From assembly GCA_963749495.1 (NCBI GenBank), contig CAVVMW010000025.1, forward strand, positions 13,378-77,377: a stretch of 64,000 bases of DNA, written 5' to 3'. The position numbers and the translations under genes are program-made. Of the stretch, positions 1 through 10,767 are shown one piece after another. Within the stretch, counting starts at the first letter, position 1. The number at the start of each line of letters is the position of its first letter. The stretch is from an uncultured bacterium (lineage in GTDB: Bacteria > Verrucomicrobiota > Verrucomicrobiia > Limisphaerales > UBA8199). The notes under the pieces were generated by a model, which had not been told where the DNA came from, ran no database searches, and saw only the letters and a program-made list of their open reading frames with translations.

Positions 1-838
1 TGGGGTCGACGATCTCGGGGTAGAAGTAGTCCTCGAAGATGTGCGGACCGGCCTGGCACTGGCATTCCATGGCCACTCCGGGACCGACGATTTCGGTCAG
101 CCCGTAGATGTCGTAGGCCTTGATGCCGCTGTCGGCCTCGATGCGCCGCCGCATGGACTCAGTCCAGGGCTCCGCGCCGAAAACCCCCGTGTGGATGGGC
201 AGGTCCTTGATGTTCACGCCCACCTCCGGGGCCTGGTCGATCAGGTGCAGGAAATAGCTGGGCGTGCAGCAGATCGCCGTCACCCCGAAATCCTTCATCA
301 CCATCAACTGCCGCTGCGTGTTGCCGCCGGAGATGGGGATAACCGTGGCGCCCAGGGCCTCGGCCCCGTAATGCGCCCCCAGGCCCCCGGTGAACAGGCC
401 ATACCCGTAAGCATTCTGGATGATGTCACCCTCGTGCAGCCCGCACGCCGCAAAACTGCGCAGCATCACGTTGGTCCACACCCCCACGTCCTCCTGCGTG
501 TAGGCCACCACGATCGGCTTGCCCGTCGTGCCGCTGGACGCGTGCAGGCGCACAATGTCCTTCATCGGGCTGGCGAACAGCCCGAAGGGGTAGGTGTCCC
601 GCAAATCGGTCTTCTCCGTGAACGGCAGCTTGTCAATGTCCTCCAGCCGTTCCACGTCCCGCGGCGTCAAACCCCGGTCCGCCATCCGCTTGCGGAACAG
701 CGCCACGTGGTCGTCGGCCCGCTCCACGATCCCCTTGAGCCGCCGCAATTGCAGGTCGCGCAACTGCGCCAGGGGCAAAAAATCCGGCGCGCTGACCGGG
801 TGGAAACTCAGGTTCTTGCGATTCAGGTCTTTGCTCAT
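1..838 (-). CDS. paaK: Phenylacetate-CoA ligase (3' part outside window)
   Basis: Manual minus-strand translation from ATG 838: MSKDLNRKN...HASSGTTGKP...AYGYGLFTGGLGAHYG...YDIYGLTEIVGPGVA; typical PaaK motifs. Confidence 0.9.
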   Translation of the reverse strand, partial: MSKDLNRKNLSFHPVSAPDFLPLAQLRDLQLRRLKGIVERADDHVALFRKRMADRGLTPRDVERLEDIDKLPFTEKTDLRDTYPFGLFASPMKDIVRLHASSGTTGKPIVVAYTQEDVGVWTNVMLRSFAACGLHEGDIIQNAYGYGLFTGGLGAHYGAEALGATVIPISGGNTQRQLMVMKDFGVTAICCTPSYFLHLIDQAPEVGVNIKDLPIHTGVFGAEPWTESMRRRIEADSGIKAYDIYGLTEIVGPGVAMECQCQAGPHIFEDYFYPEIVDP

Positions 839-895
839 AAGCATAGCGTCTGCTGCGGTTAAGCACCTTTACCGCCTTTGCGCCCAGGATTGCAA

Positions 896-1336
896 TCATG
901 AAGTAGGGGTCTGCCCCCGTGACGCTCCCGCCTTCTCGAGCAGGTTGATGAACCAGGCCGGGGGCCGGGTGGGCTTGCCGTGGCGGTCGGTGAAGGCATG
1001 GACGGTGTAGCCGCGCACCACGGGGCGGCCGCTGTCTGCCTGACGCACCTGCACCTCGAAACGCAGCCGCGCCCGCCCCGCCCGCTCCACCCTCGAGACG
1101 ATCTCCAGCAAATCGTCAAAGCGCGCCCCGCCCTGGAACTGGAGGTGCGCCTCGACCAGCGGCAGGAAGGAACCCCGCGCCTCCAGCGCCGCATAAGACA
1201 TCCCCAGCTTGCGCCGCATCAGCTCCGAGCGCCCGCACTCGAACCACTCCAATGCCCTGGAGTTGTAGAAGGTCCCCATCTGGTCGGTCTCGCTGTAGCG
1301 CACTCGCAGTTGCAGCACATCGGTTAACGGGCTCAT
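896..1336 (-). CDS. Acyl-CoA thioesterase (YbgC/FadM, 4HBT family)
   Basis: RVRYSETDQMGTFYNSRALEWFECGR hotdog-fold motif. Confidence 0.88.
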   Translation of the reverse strand: MSPLTDVLQLRVRYSETDQMGTFYNSRALEWFECGRSELMRRKLGMSYAALEARGSFLPLVEAHLQFQGGARFDDLLEIVSRVERAGRARLRFEVQVRQADSGRPVVRGYTVHAFTDRHGKPTRPPAWFINLLEKAGASRGQTPTS

Positions 1337-1407
1337 CACCGGCAGGCTGCCCCAAAACACCCGCCCTTTCAATTTGAATCAGATGGGGCGCATCACAGGA
1401 TTCTTCG

Positions 1408-1463
1408 CTGCCGCCTGAAGGCGGCGTTCCGCAACGGACCGGAACGCCGCCTTTAGGCGGCAG
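1408..1463. repeat. REP-like inverted repeat pair
   Basis: ctgccgcctgaaggcggcgttccg ... cggaacgccgcctttaggcggcag; each arm is itself palindromic. Confidence 0.75.
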
Positions 1464-1614
1464 GACGGGCGGTCGAGCAAATCGGTCGTGCGCCCAATCA
1501 ACCAATCAACCATCGTCCTCATAAAGTGCTTGACGGGCGAATGGGTTTTTCTTACTCAAAGAAGGCCGAGGATGGGGCGCCAGCACCCATCCTCGGTGTT
1601 TGTTGAAGCTAAAT

Positions 1615-2719
1615 ATGAAATCTGATGCTCCGGCCCCGATTCCCGTTCCCCTGGCGCAACGTTGGCACGAGGTGCGTGTGCGCTATTTGCCCTGGCTGGT
1701 CTTTGCGGGGGCGGTGGCGGCGGGCGGGCTGCTCTGGAGCTGGCAGGCCGGCTCGCCCAGGATGGTCGGGCAGGCCGAGCCGATCATCGCCAACGTCAGT
1801 TCCCACAAGACGGGCGTGCTGACCGAGCTCAACGTCAATCGCTTTCAGCGGGTCAAGCTGGGCGACCCGATCGGGACAGTTATGCTGGCCGACCCGAGGA
1901 TCGTGGCCGCCTCGCTGGAGGTCATCCGGTCCGAGATAGAGCCTGCTGCGGGTGGACCTCAAGCCCATCGCCGACCGGCAGCGCGCCGCCTTGGATTACG
2001 ACCAACTCCGGCTCAACGGGCTGAGGCAGCGCACCCAACTGGCGGGGGCGCGGGCGGACTTGCAGTATGCGCAGAGCAATTACGTCCGCATGGACACGCT
2101 CTTCCGGGAGAAGATCGTCGCCGAGAGCGTTTTCGAGCAGGCCAGGGCCGCCCGGGACAAACTGCAGAACGAGGTCGCTGAGCTGAGCAAGCTGGTCAGC
2201 GAATGCGAGACGCACTTGCAGGAACTCCAGCTCACCAACGCGGTGGAACTCTCGAAGATCACCTCCGACCCATTGGACGCGGCCATCGCGGAGAAGGTAG
2301 CCAAGCTGCGCCTGACCGAGGCGGAACTCAACCCCGTGGTGGTCAAGGCCCCCATGGACGGCGTGGTCACGGCCATCTTTCATCGCGTGGGCGAGGCGGT
2401 GACCCCCGGACAACCGATCGTGGCCATCTCCACCCTCGAACCGGCGCGCATCGTCGGCTACCTGCGTCCGCCCATCCAGTGCGAGCCCCGGGCGGGCATG
2501 AAGGTCTCCGTGCGCACCCGTGGCCTCCGCCGCCAGACCGGCTCTGCCCAGGTCCTCGAAGTCGGCACCCAACTGGAGCCGGTGCCCCCTACCCTGGTCG
2601 GCCCGGTCAACTTCGCCAACATCATCCAGGGCCTGCCCGTGGACATTAGCCTGCCCACAAACCTCAGCATCCGCGCCGGCGAGGTGGTCAATATCACGTT
2701 CCAAACAGGGCGCAATTAG
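1615..2719 (+). CDS. HlyD-family membrane fusion protein (frameshift near 1945)
   Basis: N-terminal TM helix and lipoyl-like half in ORF 1600..2181; coiled coil and VKAPMDGVV..GEAVTPGQPI in ORF 1952..2719. Confidence 0.8.
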
Positions 2720-2730
2720 ACCCCGTGCGC

Positions 2731-2892
2731 ACCTTAGGCTAGAGCTTGTCCCAAGACCTTCCTAAAATGGGATCTTTGTCGAAACCTTTGTCGAAACCTT
2801 TGTCGAGCCGGCCATTTGTTGACAAGGGCTGCGACAAAGGCTGCGACAAAGGTCCGGAATCAGAGCTTTTGGGACAGGCTCTAAGCTAAGGT
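2731..2892. mobile_element. MITE-like element with IS5-like terminal inverted repeats
   Basis: tagagcttgtcccaa (2740) / ttgggacaggctcta (2883); internal ctttgtcgaaac tandem repeats mirrored by gcgacaaagg repeats. Confidence 0.6.
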
Positions 2893-2904
2893 TGGCATAC
2901 GCAC

Positions 2905-5229
2905 ATGAAGCGGGCGCGGCATCGGAATCGTTCCACGACGCCCGCCCCGGGCGCCAAGCCGGCTCCTCCGCCCCCCTCCGCCTCAAAGGCAGCCGGCGTG
3001 AGGGCAACCCGGGTGCCGGCACGCCGCAGGTGGGTCTATCGGTTGGCCGCGCTGACTCTGGGACCGCTGCTGCTCCTGGCACTGCTGGAGGGGGCGTTGC
3101 GGCTGGGCGGCTATGGCTTTTCGACCTCTTTTTTCAAGCGGCTCGACATCGGCGGGCAGGAGTGCCTGGTCGAGAATGACCGGTTCGGCCTGAGATTCTT
3201 CCCGCCGGCCCTGGTGCGCCTGCCGGCGCCGATAGTGATGAAGGCCCGGAAACCCGCGGGCACGGTGCGGATCTTCATCCTGGGCGAATCGGCTGCGCTG
3301 GGGGACCCGCGGCCCCAGTTTGGCGCCGGCAGGTATTTGGAGGTCCTCCTGCGCCAACGTTACCCGGGCCAGGATTTCGAGCTGGTCAACACAGCGATCA
3401 CCGCCATCAACTCGCACGTCATCCTTCCCATCGCGCGGGAATGCGCCGCTCACCAGGGAGACGTTTGGATCGTCTATATGGGCAACAATGAGATGGTCGG
3501 CCCTTTCGGCGCGGCCACGGTCTTTGGCCGGCAGGCCCCGCCGTTGGCCCTGGTGCGGCTCACGGTCTGGGTGCAGCAGGCGCGCCTGGGCCAATTGCTG
3601 GTGGACCTTTCCCGGAGGCTCAAGGGGTCTTCTGCCCAGCCATCCTGGCACGGGCTGGAGATGTTCCAGGAGAACAAAGTCTCCCCCGATGACCCTCGCA
3701 AGGAGGTGGTTTATGGCAGTTTCGCCCGGAACCTCCAGGACATACTCCAAGCCGGCCTGCATTCGGGAGCCAAGGTTCTGCTGAGCACGGTGGCTGTGAA
3801 CCTCAAGGATTGCCCGCCCTTCGCTTCCGAGGCCAAGCGCATGGCTGTTGCAGAGGCCCAGCGGGCCGAGTGCCGGAGGCTCTGCTCGGAGGCCGCGGCT
3901 GCGGAGGCCCAGGCCAGATTCGCCGAGGCCCTCGAGGCCTACGCAAAGGCCGAGACCGTCCTTCCCGGCTCGGCGGAGGTCCACTTCCACATTGCAACTG
4001 ACCATTTGCGGCTGGGCGATCGCGGCTCGGCGGCAGTGGAGTATCAGATGGCGCTGGACTGCGATGCCCTGCCGTGCCGCGCCGACTCGCGCATCAACGG
4101 CATCATTAAGGACCTGGCCCGCCGCCTGGCCGGTCCCGGGCTGGCCTTTTGCGATGCCGCTGCTGCCCTGGCCTCCGCCAGCCCCGAGGGCATCCCGGGC
4201 CAGGAATCCTTCTACGAGCACGTGCACCTGAATTTCGACGGTAACTATCGGCTCGCGCGCGCCTGGGCGGCGCAACTGGAGAAGGTGCTGCCGCCCGCCC
4301 TCACCCGCCGCGGGGCGGCTGGTTGGGCCTCGCAAGAGGCCTGCGAGCGCCTCCTGGGCCTGACCGACTGGAACCGCCTCTCGGTCTTTGAGGAGATGGA
4401 CCGGCGGCTCGGGCAACCTCCCTTCAGCGGCCAGCTCGACAATGCCCGGCGGCTCGAAGCGGCCAAGGCCGCCGTTGCCGAACTGGAGCGGCGCATCGCC
4501 GCCGCCTCGCCCGACCAGGCTCGACAGAACTACCTGGAGGCCCTCAAGAGCGCCCCCGACGACCATAACCTCCACGAGGCCTACGCCGAATTCCTCGAGG
4601 CCATCCACGATCGCCCCCAGGCCACCGTCGAGCGCGAGAAGGTCTGCAGCCTCATCCCGCATTTCTATTTCCCCCATTACAGCCTGGGCCAAATCCTCAA
4701 GGAACAAGGGCGGCTGGCCGAGGCCCTGCAGTGCCTCCAGCGAGCCGCCGCCTTGAACCCGCGCGGGAGCAACGTGCGGCTGGAGCTGGGCATCGTCCTG
4801 GCCCGCCGCAACCAATGGGAGGCCGCCCTGGCCCAGTTCGACCTGGCGCGCCGGTTCAACCCGGACGACCCGCAGGCCCTGCTCTACTCCGGCGAGGTCC
4901 TCCGGCAGCTCAACCGCGCCGCCGAGTCCCTCGACCGCTGGCGCCAGGCCATCCGCCTCCAGCCCGCCTATTGGGAAGCCCATTACCGTCTGGGCGAAGG
5001 ACTTGCCCAGCAAGGCAACACCGCAGCCGCCGCCCAGGAATTCGCCCAGGTCCTCAACCTCAATCCCGGCTACATCAAGGCCCTCATGAACCTGGGCGTC
5101 GCCCTGGTCAAACTCGGACGCCCCGCCGAGGCGGTGCAGCAGTTTGACCAGGTCCTGCGCCTGGACCCCCGGAACCAGCAGGCCGCCCAGTTCAGACAGC
5201 AGGCGATGAGCCGCGTGGGATTCAAGTAG
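2905..5229 (+). CDS. Membrane-anchored SGNH/GDSL-like hydrolase with TPR repeats
   Basis: TM helix, IFILGESAALG, YMGNNE, EHVHLN and C-terminal TPR repeats. Confidence 0.82.
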   Translation: MKRARHRNRSTTPAPGAKPAPPPPSASKAAGVRATRVPARRRWVYRLAALTLGPLLLLALLEGALRLGGYGFSTSFFKRLDIGGQECLVENDRFGLRFFPPALVRLPAPIVMKARKPAGTVRIFILGESAALGDPRPQFGAGRYLEVLLRQRYPGQDFELVNTAITAINSHVILPIARECAAHQGDVWIVYMGNNEMVGPFGAATVFGRQAPPLALVRLTVWVQQARLGQLLVDLSRRLKGSSAQPSWHGLEMFQENKVSPDDPRKEVVYGSFARNLQDILQAGLHSGAKVLLSTVAVNLKDCPPFASEAKRMAVAEAQRAECRRLCSEAAAAEAQARFAEALEAYAKAETVLPGSAEVHFHIATDHLRLGDRGSAAVEYQMALDCDALPCRADSRINGIIKDLARRLAGPGLAFCDAAAALASASPEGIPGQESFYEHVHLNFDGNYRLARAWAAQLEKVLPPALTRRGAAGWASQEACERLLGLTDWNRLSVFEEMDRRLGQPPFSGQLDNARRLEAAKAAVAELERRIAAASPDQARQNYLEALKSAPDDHNLHEAYAEFLEAIHDRPQATVEREKVCSLIPHFYFPHYSLGQILKEQGRLAEALQCLQRAAALNPRGSNVRLELGIVLARRNQWEAALAQFDLARRFNPDDPQALLYSGEVLRQLNRAAESLDRWRQAIRLQPAYWEAHYRLGEGLAQQGNTAAAAQEFAQVLNLNPGYIKALMNLGVALVKLGRPAEAVQQFDQVLRLDPRNQQAAQFRQQAMSRVGFK

Positions 5230-5256
5230 GCGGGGGCTCCAAGTTGATTCAGAAGA

Positions 5257-5331
5257 TGGTGCGCGATAGAGGGTTTGAACCTCTGACCCCTTCCGTGTCA
5301 AGGAAGTGCTCTACCACTGAGCTAACCGCGC
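5257..5331 (-). tRNA. tRNA-Val(GAC), canonical
   Basis: Reverse complement gcgcggttagctcagtggtagagcacttccttGACacggaaggggtcagaggttcaaaccctctatcgcgcacca; GG in D-loop, TTC in T-loop, CCA end. Confidence 0.96.
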
Positions 5332-5510
5332 GACCAATTTGCTGTCAACCGATGGAAGGTTAAATGGAAGTTACCTCAGGGGCAAGAGATTTTGGCCCAT
5401 CATTACACCACGTTGCACGGCCGCCCACCGGCGGAAGCGGAGATGGCAGACTTCTTTCCGACCGGCCTTTCCCTTTCCTTTGGAGTCGTCCCGGGATTAT
5501 GGTATCGCGC

Positions 5511-6875
5511 ATGAGCAAGCGCCGAAGAGCAGACGCGTTGATTGCGGAAATCCAGCACGAACTCAGGCCGGGGCATTTCGTCCGGCGTGAGGATGTATCC
5601 CGGCTCGCTGGCAACCTGGGCCAATTGGAGGAACGGCTCCAGGATTTGGCAAAGGCCGGCGAGGCGGAGCGGGCGGTGCGGCTCTATGAAATACTGCTGT
5701 CCGGCACGTACGCGAAGAACGAGGAGTGCGACGACAAGTGCTATTTGTCCATGTCCTTCGCCCGCGCCTTTTGTGGCTGGATCAAGGCCCGGCAGACGGC
5801 GGGACGGCCGGCGGAAGAAACCGTCGGCCAGATTCTGAACTGGAAGAAGAACGACAAGTACAGCTTCTGCTTCGAGATTGAGAAACACGTGGTGAAGGCG
5901 CTGGACAGGGAGGGACGGCGGTTGTTCATCGGCCATTTTGAGGGACTGGTGGAGAAGGCGGTGCCTGCTTCGGCAGCCACACCGGCCAAAGCGATTTTCG
6001 AATACGAAAACGATGTGCGGTTGCCGGCGCTCACCCTCAAGGAGATTTACGAGTCTTTGAACGACGCCCAGTCTTACGCGGGTCTATGCGAACGGCTGGG
6101 TTTCAGTCCGCTGGATTGCGAACGGCTGGCGAAGATGGAGATGGCCAGGGAACGTTGGACCAAAGCGCTGGAATGGGTGGGAAAGGGGGTCGCGCTCGGA
6201 CCCACGCGGAATTGGCACAACGAGGGCGGCTATTCGCTGGAGGGGCTCAAGCCGGAGTTGCTTCGCAAGCTCGGTCGCAAGGAGGACGCGTTGGCCGCGG
6301 CGTGGGCTGATTTTCAGGAAAACCCGAATGATTCGAGCTATGACGAACTGATGCGTTATGTGCCAAAGGGCGAGAGACCCGCCTGGCACGAGCGGGCAAT
6401 CACGGCGGCCGGCGAAGCGGAGCTGGGGGCGTTCATCTCCTTGTGCTTGAAGGCCAGGGAATGGGAACGACTCGCCGGCCGGGTCCGTTCGGCGACCCCA
6501 GGTGAATTGGAGACCCTGAGCCATTATTGCACGGAGCCCGCCGCCAAGGCTTTGGCCAAGAGAGATCCCGTCCCGGCAGCCAAGCTGTATCGGGCCTTGG
6601 GCATGCGCATTCTGAATGCTGGGAAAAGCAAGTATTATGATGCGGCCCTGGACCACTTTGAGAAGGCCCGAGACCTGTATTGTGAGGCGGAGCAACCGTC
6701 GGGATGGGAGGAAATAGTGGGGGCCGTGCGGACGGCCCATTCGCGCAAATCTGGGTTTCTGTCAGCATTCGAAGAGCTTGTCTCAAGGGATTCCCAGCGG
6801 TCCCCCGGCGGATCCCGGCGGTCCCCTTCATTTGCCGATGAGGCGCAGGACCGGTGGAAGCGGCTGAGTTCTTGA
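5511..6875 (+). CDS. Conserved helical-repeat hypothetical protein (DUF6880-like)
   Basis: Long ORF; C-terminal AKLYRALGMRILNAGKSKYYDAAL...HSRKSGF resembles SWIM-associated helical proteins. Confidence 0.6.
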   Translation: MSKRRRADALIAEIQHELRPGHFVRREDVSRLAGNLGQLEERLQDLAKAGEAERAVRLYEILLSGTYAKNEECDDKCYLSMSFARAFCGWIKARQTAGRPAEETVGQILNWKKNDKYSFCFEIEKHVVKALDREGRRLFIGHFEGLVEKAVPASAATPAKAIFEYENDVRLPALTLKEIYESLNDAQSYAGLCERLGFSPLDCERLAKMEMARERWTKALEWVGKGVALGPTRNWHNEGGYSLEGLKPELLRKLGRKEDALAAAWADFQENPNDSSYDELMRYVPKGERPAWHERAITAAGEAELGAFISLCLKAREWERLAGRVRSATPGELETLSHYCTEPAAKALAKRDPVPAAKLYRALGMRILNAGKSKYYDAALDHFEKARDLYCEAEQPSGWEEIVGAVRTAHSRKSGFLSAFEELVSRDSQRSPGGSRRSPSFADEAQDRWKRLSS

Positions 6876-6886
6876 GGAGGCCAGCC

Positions 6887-7519
6887 CTATCCCCTGGCCC
6901 CTTTAACGACGGCGCGCCTCAACTCGTCGGCCCATTCCGGCACTCGCTTGGCCAGGAGCGTCAGCAGGCTTTCCTGCGCTGATCTCCGCGTTGCCGGACG
7001 ACACGCCTCGATGAACTCGCCCACAACATAAGCCGCGTGCTCTCCCGGGAATTCTTCGGCCCAGCCCAGAGCGCCGTCCGACGGCGCGTCTCGTGCCTCA
7101 TACAGTCCCTCCACGATTCCCACGCAAACCGCTTCGGCGGCGGGCACCAACCCCAGTTGCGCCTTCCGCTTCATGTCCTCCACCAAGTCGTCGAGCGCCT
7201 CCTCCAGGAGGTCAATGGCGGCCTGCGCTGGTTCCACATAGCCCCACGAATGCCGGCAGGCGCGCCCGTTCAGAGCATCCAGATCAATGCCTGTAATTCG
7301 GTCATGAACATCTTGCGCGACGTCCGCGATGGAGCGGGAGGACGCATGTTTGATGGCGAGTTCCTCTGCTTCCTGCCGCAGTTCCGGATGTTTATCGAGC
7401 AGTTGGCGCATAACGGCCACAGCTTCCTCGGGGCTGAGCCGCCCCAGCAGATCGGAGGCAGGGGTCCGGGGCGCCGCGCCGGAAATCCTCGTTTCGGCTG
7501 TGTGCTTTCGCCTCTTCAC
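6887..7519 (-). CDS. Hypothetical protein
   Basis: 210 aa ORF overlapping the upstream gene stop; HSWGYVEP motif. Confidence 0.6.
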   Translation of the reverse strand: MKRRKHTAETRISGAAPRTPASDLLGRLSPEEAVAVMRQLLDKHPELRQEAEELAIKHASSRSIADVAQDVHDRITGIDLDALNGRACRHSWGYVEPAQAAIDLLEEALDDLVEDMKRKAQLGLVPAAEAVCVGIVEGLYEARDAPSDGALGWAEEFPGEHAAYVVGEFIEACRPATRRSAQESLLTLLAKRVPEWADELRRAVVKGARG

Positions 7520-8665
7520 GATGAAAGCCCTCTTTCTCGTAGCCGTCCGATGAGTGCGGGTTTACGGGCATGGGCCTCGCGTAGTCGAGCCAAACGCCGG
7601 GAAAACTCCTCCTCTTCCCCTTCCCGGACGGCCAGATCCCGCAAATCCACAAAGTCTTGTACCGCCAGATCGTAGCTCTTGGCCAGTTTGGTGGCAACGA
7701 GTTGCTCGACTTCGGTCCACAACTTCGGCTCTCGGCCCTTGAGGGCGTCCAGATGCTTTTTGCCGGGCGATGGCCGCCAGGCGCTCCTGACGTTCCTTCG
7801 CCTCGGCGGCTCTCCGCGCCTCCTCGCGCTGGCGCTTCGACCGGAAGGCCTCGGCCGCCGCCAGGAGTCGTCCCACCGTCCGGCGTGGCCTTTCGGACGG
7901 GGGACTGGTGTCAGCCCGAGTGCGATCGAACCGGCAACGGAGCTCCGCGCCGAGGGCCGCATCCTCCCCGGCCATGAGTCGCACGAGCAGTTCGTTCTTT
8001 TCCTTCGACGGGAGTTGCGCCACCCAAGCGGCCATCTCCCCGGGCTGGACCGACCGCGTCTGGGTGCGTGGGCTTGCCTCGGCGGCCACAGCCAGCAAAT
8101 CCGGGTCAATGCGGAGGAAATCAACCAGGCTCGACAGCGGAGAGGAAAGCTGGTCAAGGCTGGGCGGCACCGGGGGCTCTACACTTCCATTGTCCATACG
8201 TCCCGTCTGCACATTCAGCAGCCAGCCGATATACAAAGCTCGCAGGTCCCCTCGGGCCAACTCCGTCCGCAGCGGGAGCAGCGAGGATAGAGCGCCCTGG
8301 CCCTGGACCCACTCCCGACCCGGTTCCGCCTGCGAAAGGAACGTGAGAATCACCTTGCCGGAGTTCTCGCGCACGGAGGCCGCCCGGCCAGAACAATAGA
8401 GCCGGGCCGTTTCGGCCGAAAGCAGCTTGGCCGGCAGTGCGAGTTGAAATTCAAGCGTCCCCCAATTGGCCAGATAAACGAATCCGTCGAAATACTTCTC
8501 CATCAAGGCGGCCGGGTTGCCTTTGAAACTGCCGAACGAGTACTCGTTGGAGAAGCTGGTTGGCGTGATGACGGCGCGCGTCGAGTACGAACGCAACTCC
8601 TGCATTTCCTTCTCGCTCAGCCTACGGTCGGCGGTCTGAAACTCGTAATATTGATATTCACTCAT
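7516..8665 (-). CDS. Conserved hypothetical protein (MSEYQYYEF-type), frameshift near 7760
   Basis: MSEYQYYEFQTADRRLSEKEMQELRSYSTRA start; C-terminus continues in ORF 7516..8157 after an A-run. Confidence 0.7.
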
Positions 8666-8940
8666 AGACGCGCGATGTCCATGGCCCGCAGTTTCGTGCC
8701 AAATCGTTGCCGGCCCCGGGTCCGTTGCACGTTCCCTGCTGCAGCCATCCGGCATGCCGGGCGATGCCGACTCCTGGCCGGACGTGCTCTGCCCCCAGAC
8801 GTGATTGACCCATTAGGGCAAACGCCGCCCCTGGGCGCAAGCCTTTGATTATAACGGTTCCAGCGACGGGGTCGCATCTGACCTTTGTCGGCTCTCGGCG
8901 AGCCAGGCAATTGGAGCGCGGCGTCGGGAAGCCCGCAAGG

Positions 8941-9018
8941 TTTTGGACTGCGCCAGTCCTCTGGCGCTTTCGCGTCCCCAGGGTCCGAAAAGCGGCAGAG
9001 GACTGCCGCAGTCCAAAA
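8941..9018. repeat. REP-like inverted repeat
   Basis: ttttggactgcgccagtcctctggcgcttt ... aaagcggcagaggactgccgcagtccaaaa. Confidence 0.75.
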
Positions 9019-9194
9019 CGCTTCGCGAGTTCGGACGCGCGTTCCCATCGCTCGGTTCCGCAGTGCCGTGAAAAAACGTAACAATCCGCCTCTTGCGCTA
9101 TTGGTGCAGGTGTCACAAGATCGTCACAAATCACAATCCCGCGACGGATCGAGAACCAGCCAGGCTCCTCGACACGCGGCACAACGGATGACGT

Positions 9195-9608
9195 ATGAAG
9201 ACCAGCACCATGAAGAAGGAGAAGGCAGATGGAAAGGCAGCCCTGGATTTGCGGTCCTTGGCCACGAAAGCTGACGCGGCGGAAAAAGCTGCTGAGGCCG
9301 CCCGAAAAAGGGCGCGGCAGGCCAAAGCCAGGCTCAAAGCGGCTCGCAAGGCTTTCAAAAAGGCGCGAAAGGCCGCCAGGAAGGCTCGCAAGGTGGTCAA
9401 AGCGGCAGCCAGGGCTCTGCGAATGACCGCCAAAACCCCAACCTCCTCGCCCGGAAAGCCCGCAAGAGCCTCCAAGCCTGCCAAGGCGGTTCTCAAGCCT
9501 GCCAAGGCGGTTCTCAAGAGGGTTCGGAAACCTTCCGTGAAACCAATCGCTGCCGTGTCTGCTCCTGCGCGAGTTCCTCGGGACGTTCCGCCTCTGCCGC
9601 CACAATGA
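9195..9608 (+). CDS. Lys/Ala-rich histone H1-like protein
   Basis: KAARKA and KPAKAVL repeats, highly basic. Confidence 0.6.
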   Translation: MKTSTMKKEKADGKAALDLRSLATKADAAEKAAEAARKRARQAKARLKAARKAFKKARKAARKARKVVKAAARALRMTAKTPTSSPGKPARASKPAKAVLKPAKAVLKRVRKPSVKPIAAVSAPARVPRDVPPLPPQ

Positions 9609-9771
9609 TGAGGAGGATCCGCTCTGTTTTTCGCTGGACTGGGAATTCGATCTGGTTCAGAGTGGGGCTGTGGAAAGCGCCTTGTTGTTTCAAATGCTTC
9701 AAGGCCGCGTCGTTTTTAACCTGACTCAATTCGCAAATGGGCGTAGTTGAGAACGAAAGAACTGTGCGCTT

Positions 9772-10629
<858 letters not shown>

Positions 10630-10744
10630 GTGGGGCAGACCTCTGGTCTGCCGGTCAGAGGGGCCTCCGGCCCCGAGTCTTGCACCTGCCAAGCACACGG
10701 AGCCGGAGGCCCCGTGGACCGGCAGACCGGGAGGTCTGCCCCAC
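10630..10744. repeat. REP-like palindromic element between convergent genes
   Basis: gtggggcagacctctggtctgccggtc ... gaccggcagaccgggaggtctgccccac. Confidence 0.75.
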
Positions 10745-10767
10745 ACCTGAACAGTTACGAAGGTTCC

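Noticed and set aside
41..862. 273 aa plus-strand ORF
   Set aside because: Antisense shadow of paaK, which the ORF track missed because it runs off the window edge
2983..5301. 772 aa minus-strand ORF and similar long antisense ORFs (12178, 35284, 43676, 55088, 62021)
   Set aside because: High-GC shadows of recognisable genes on the opposite strand
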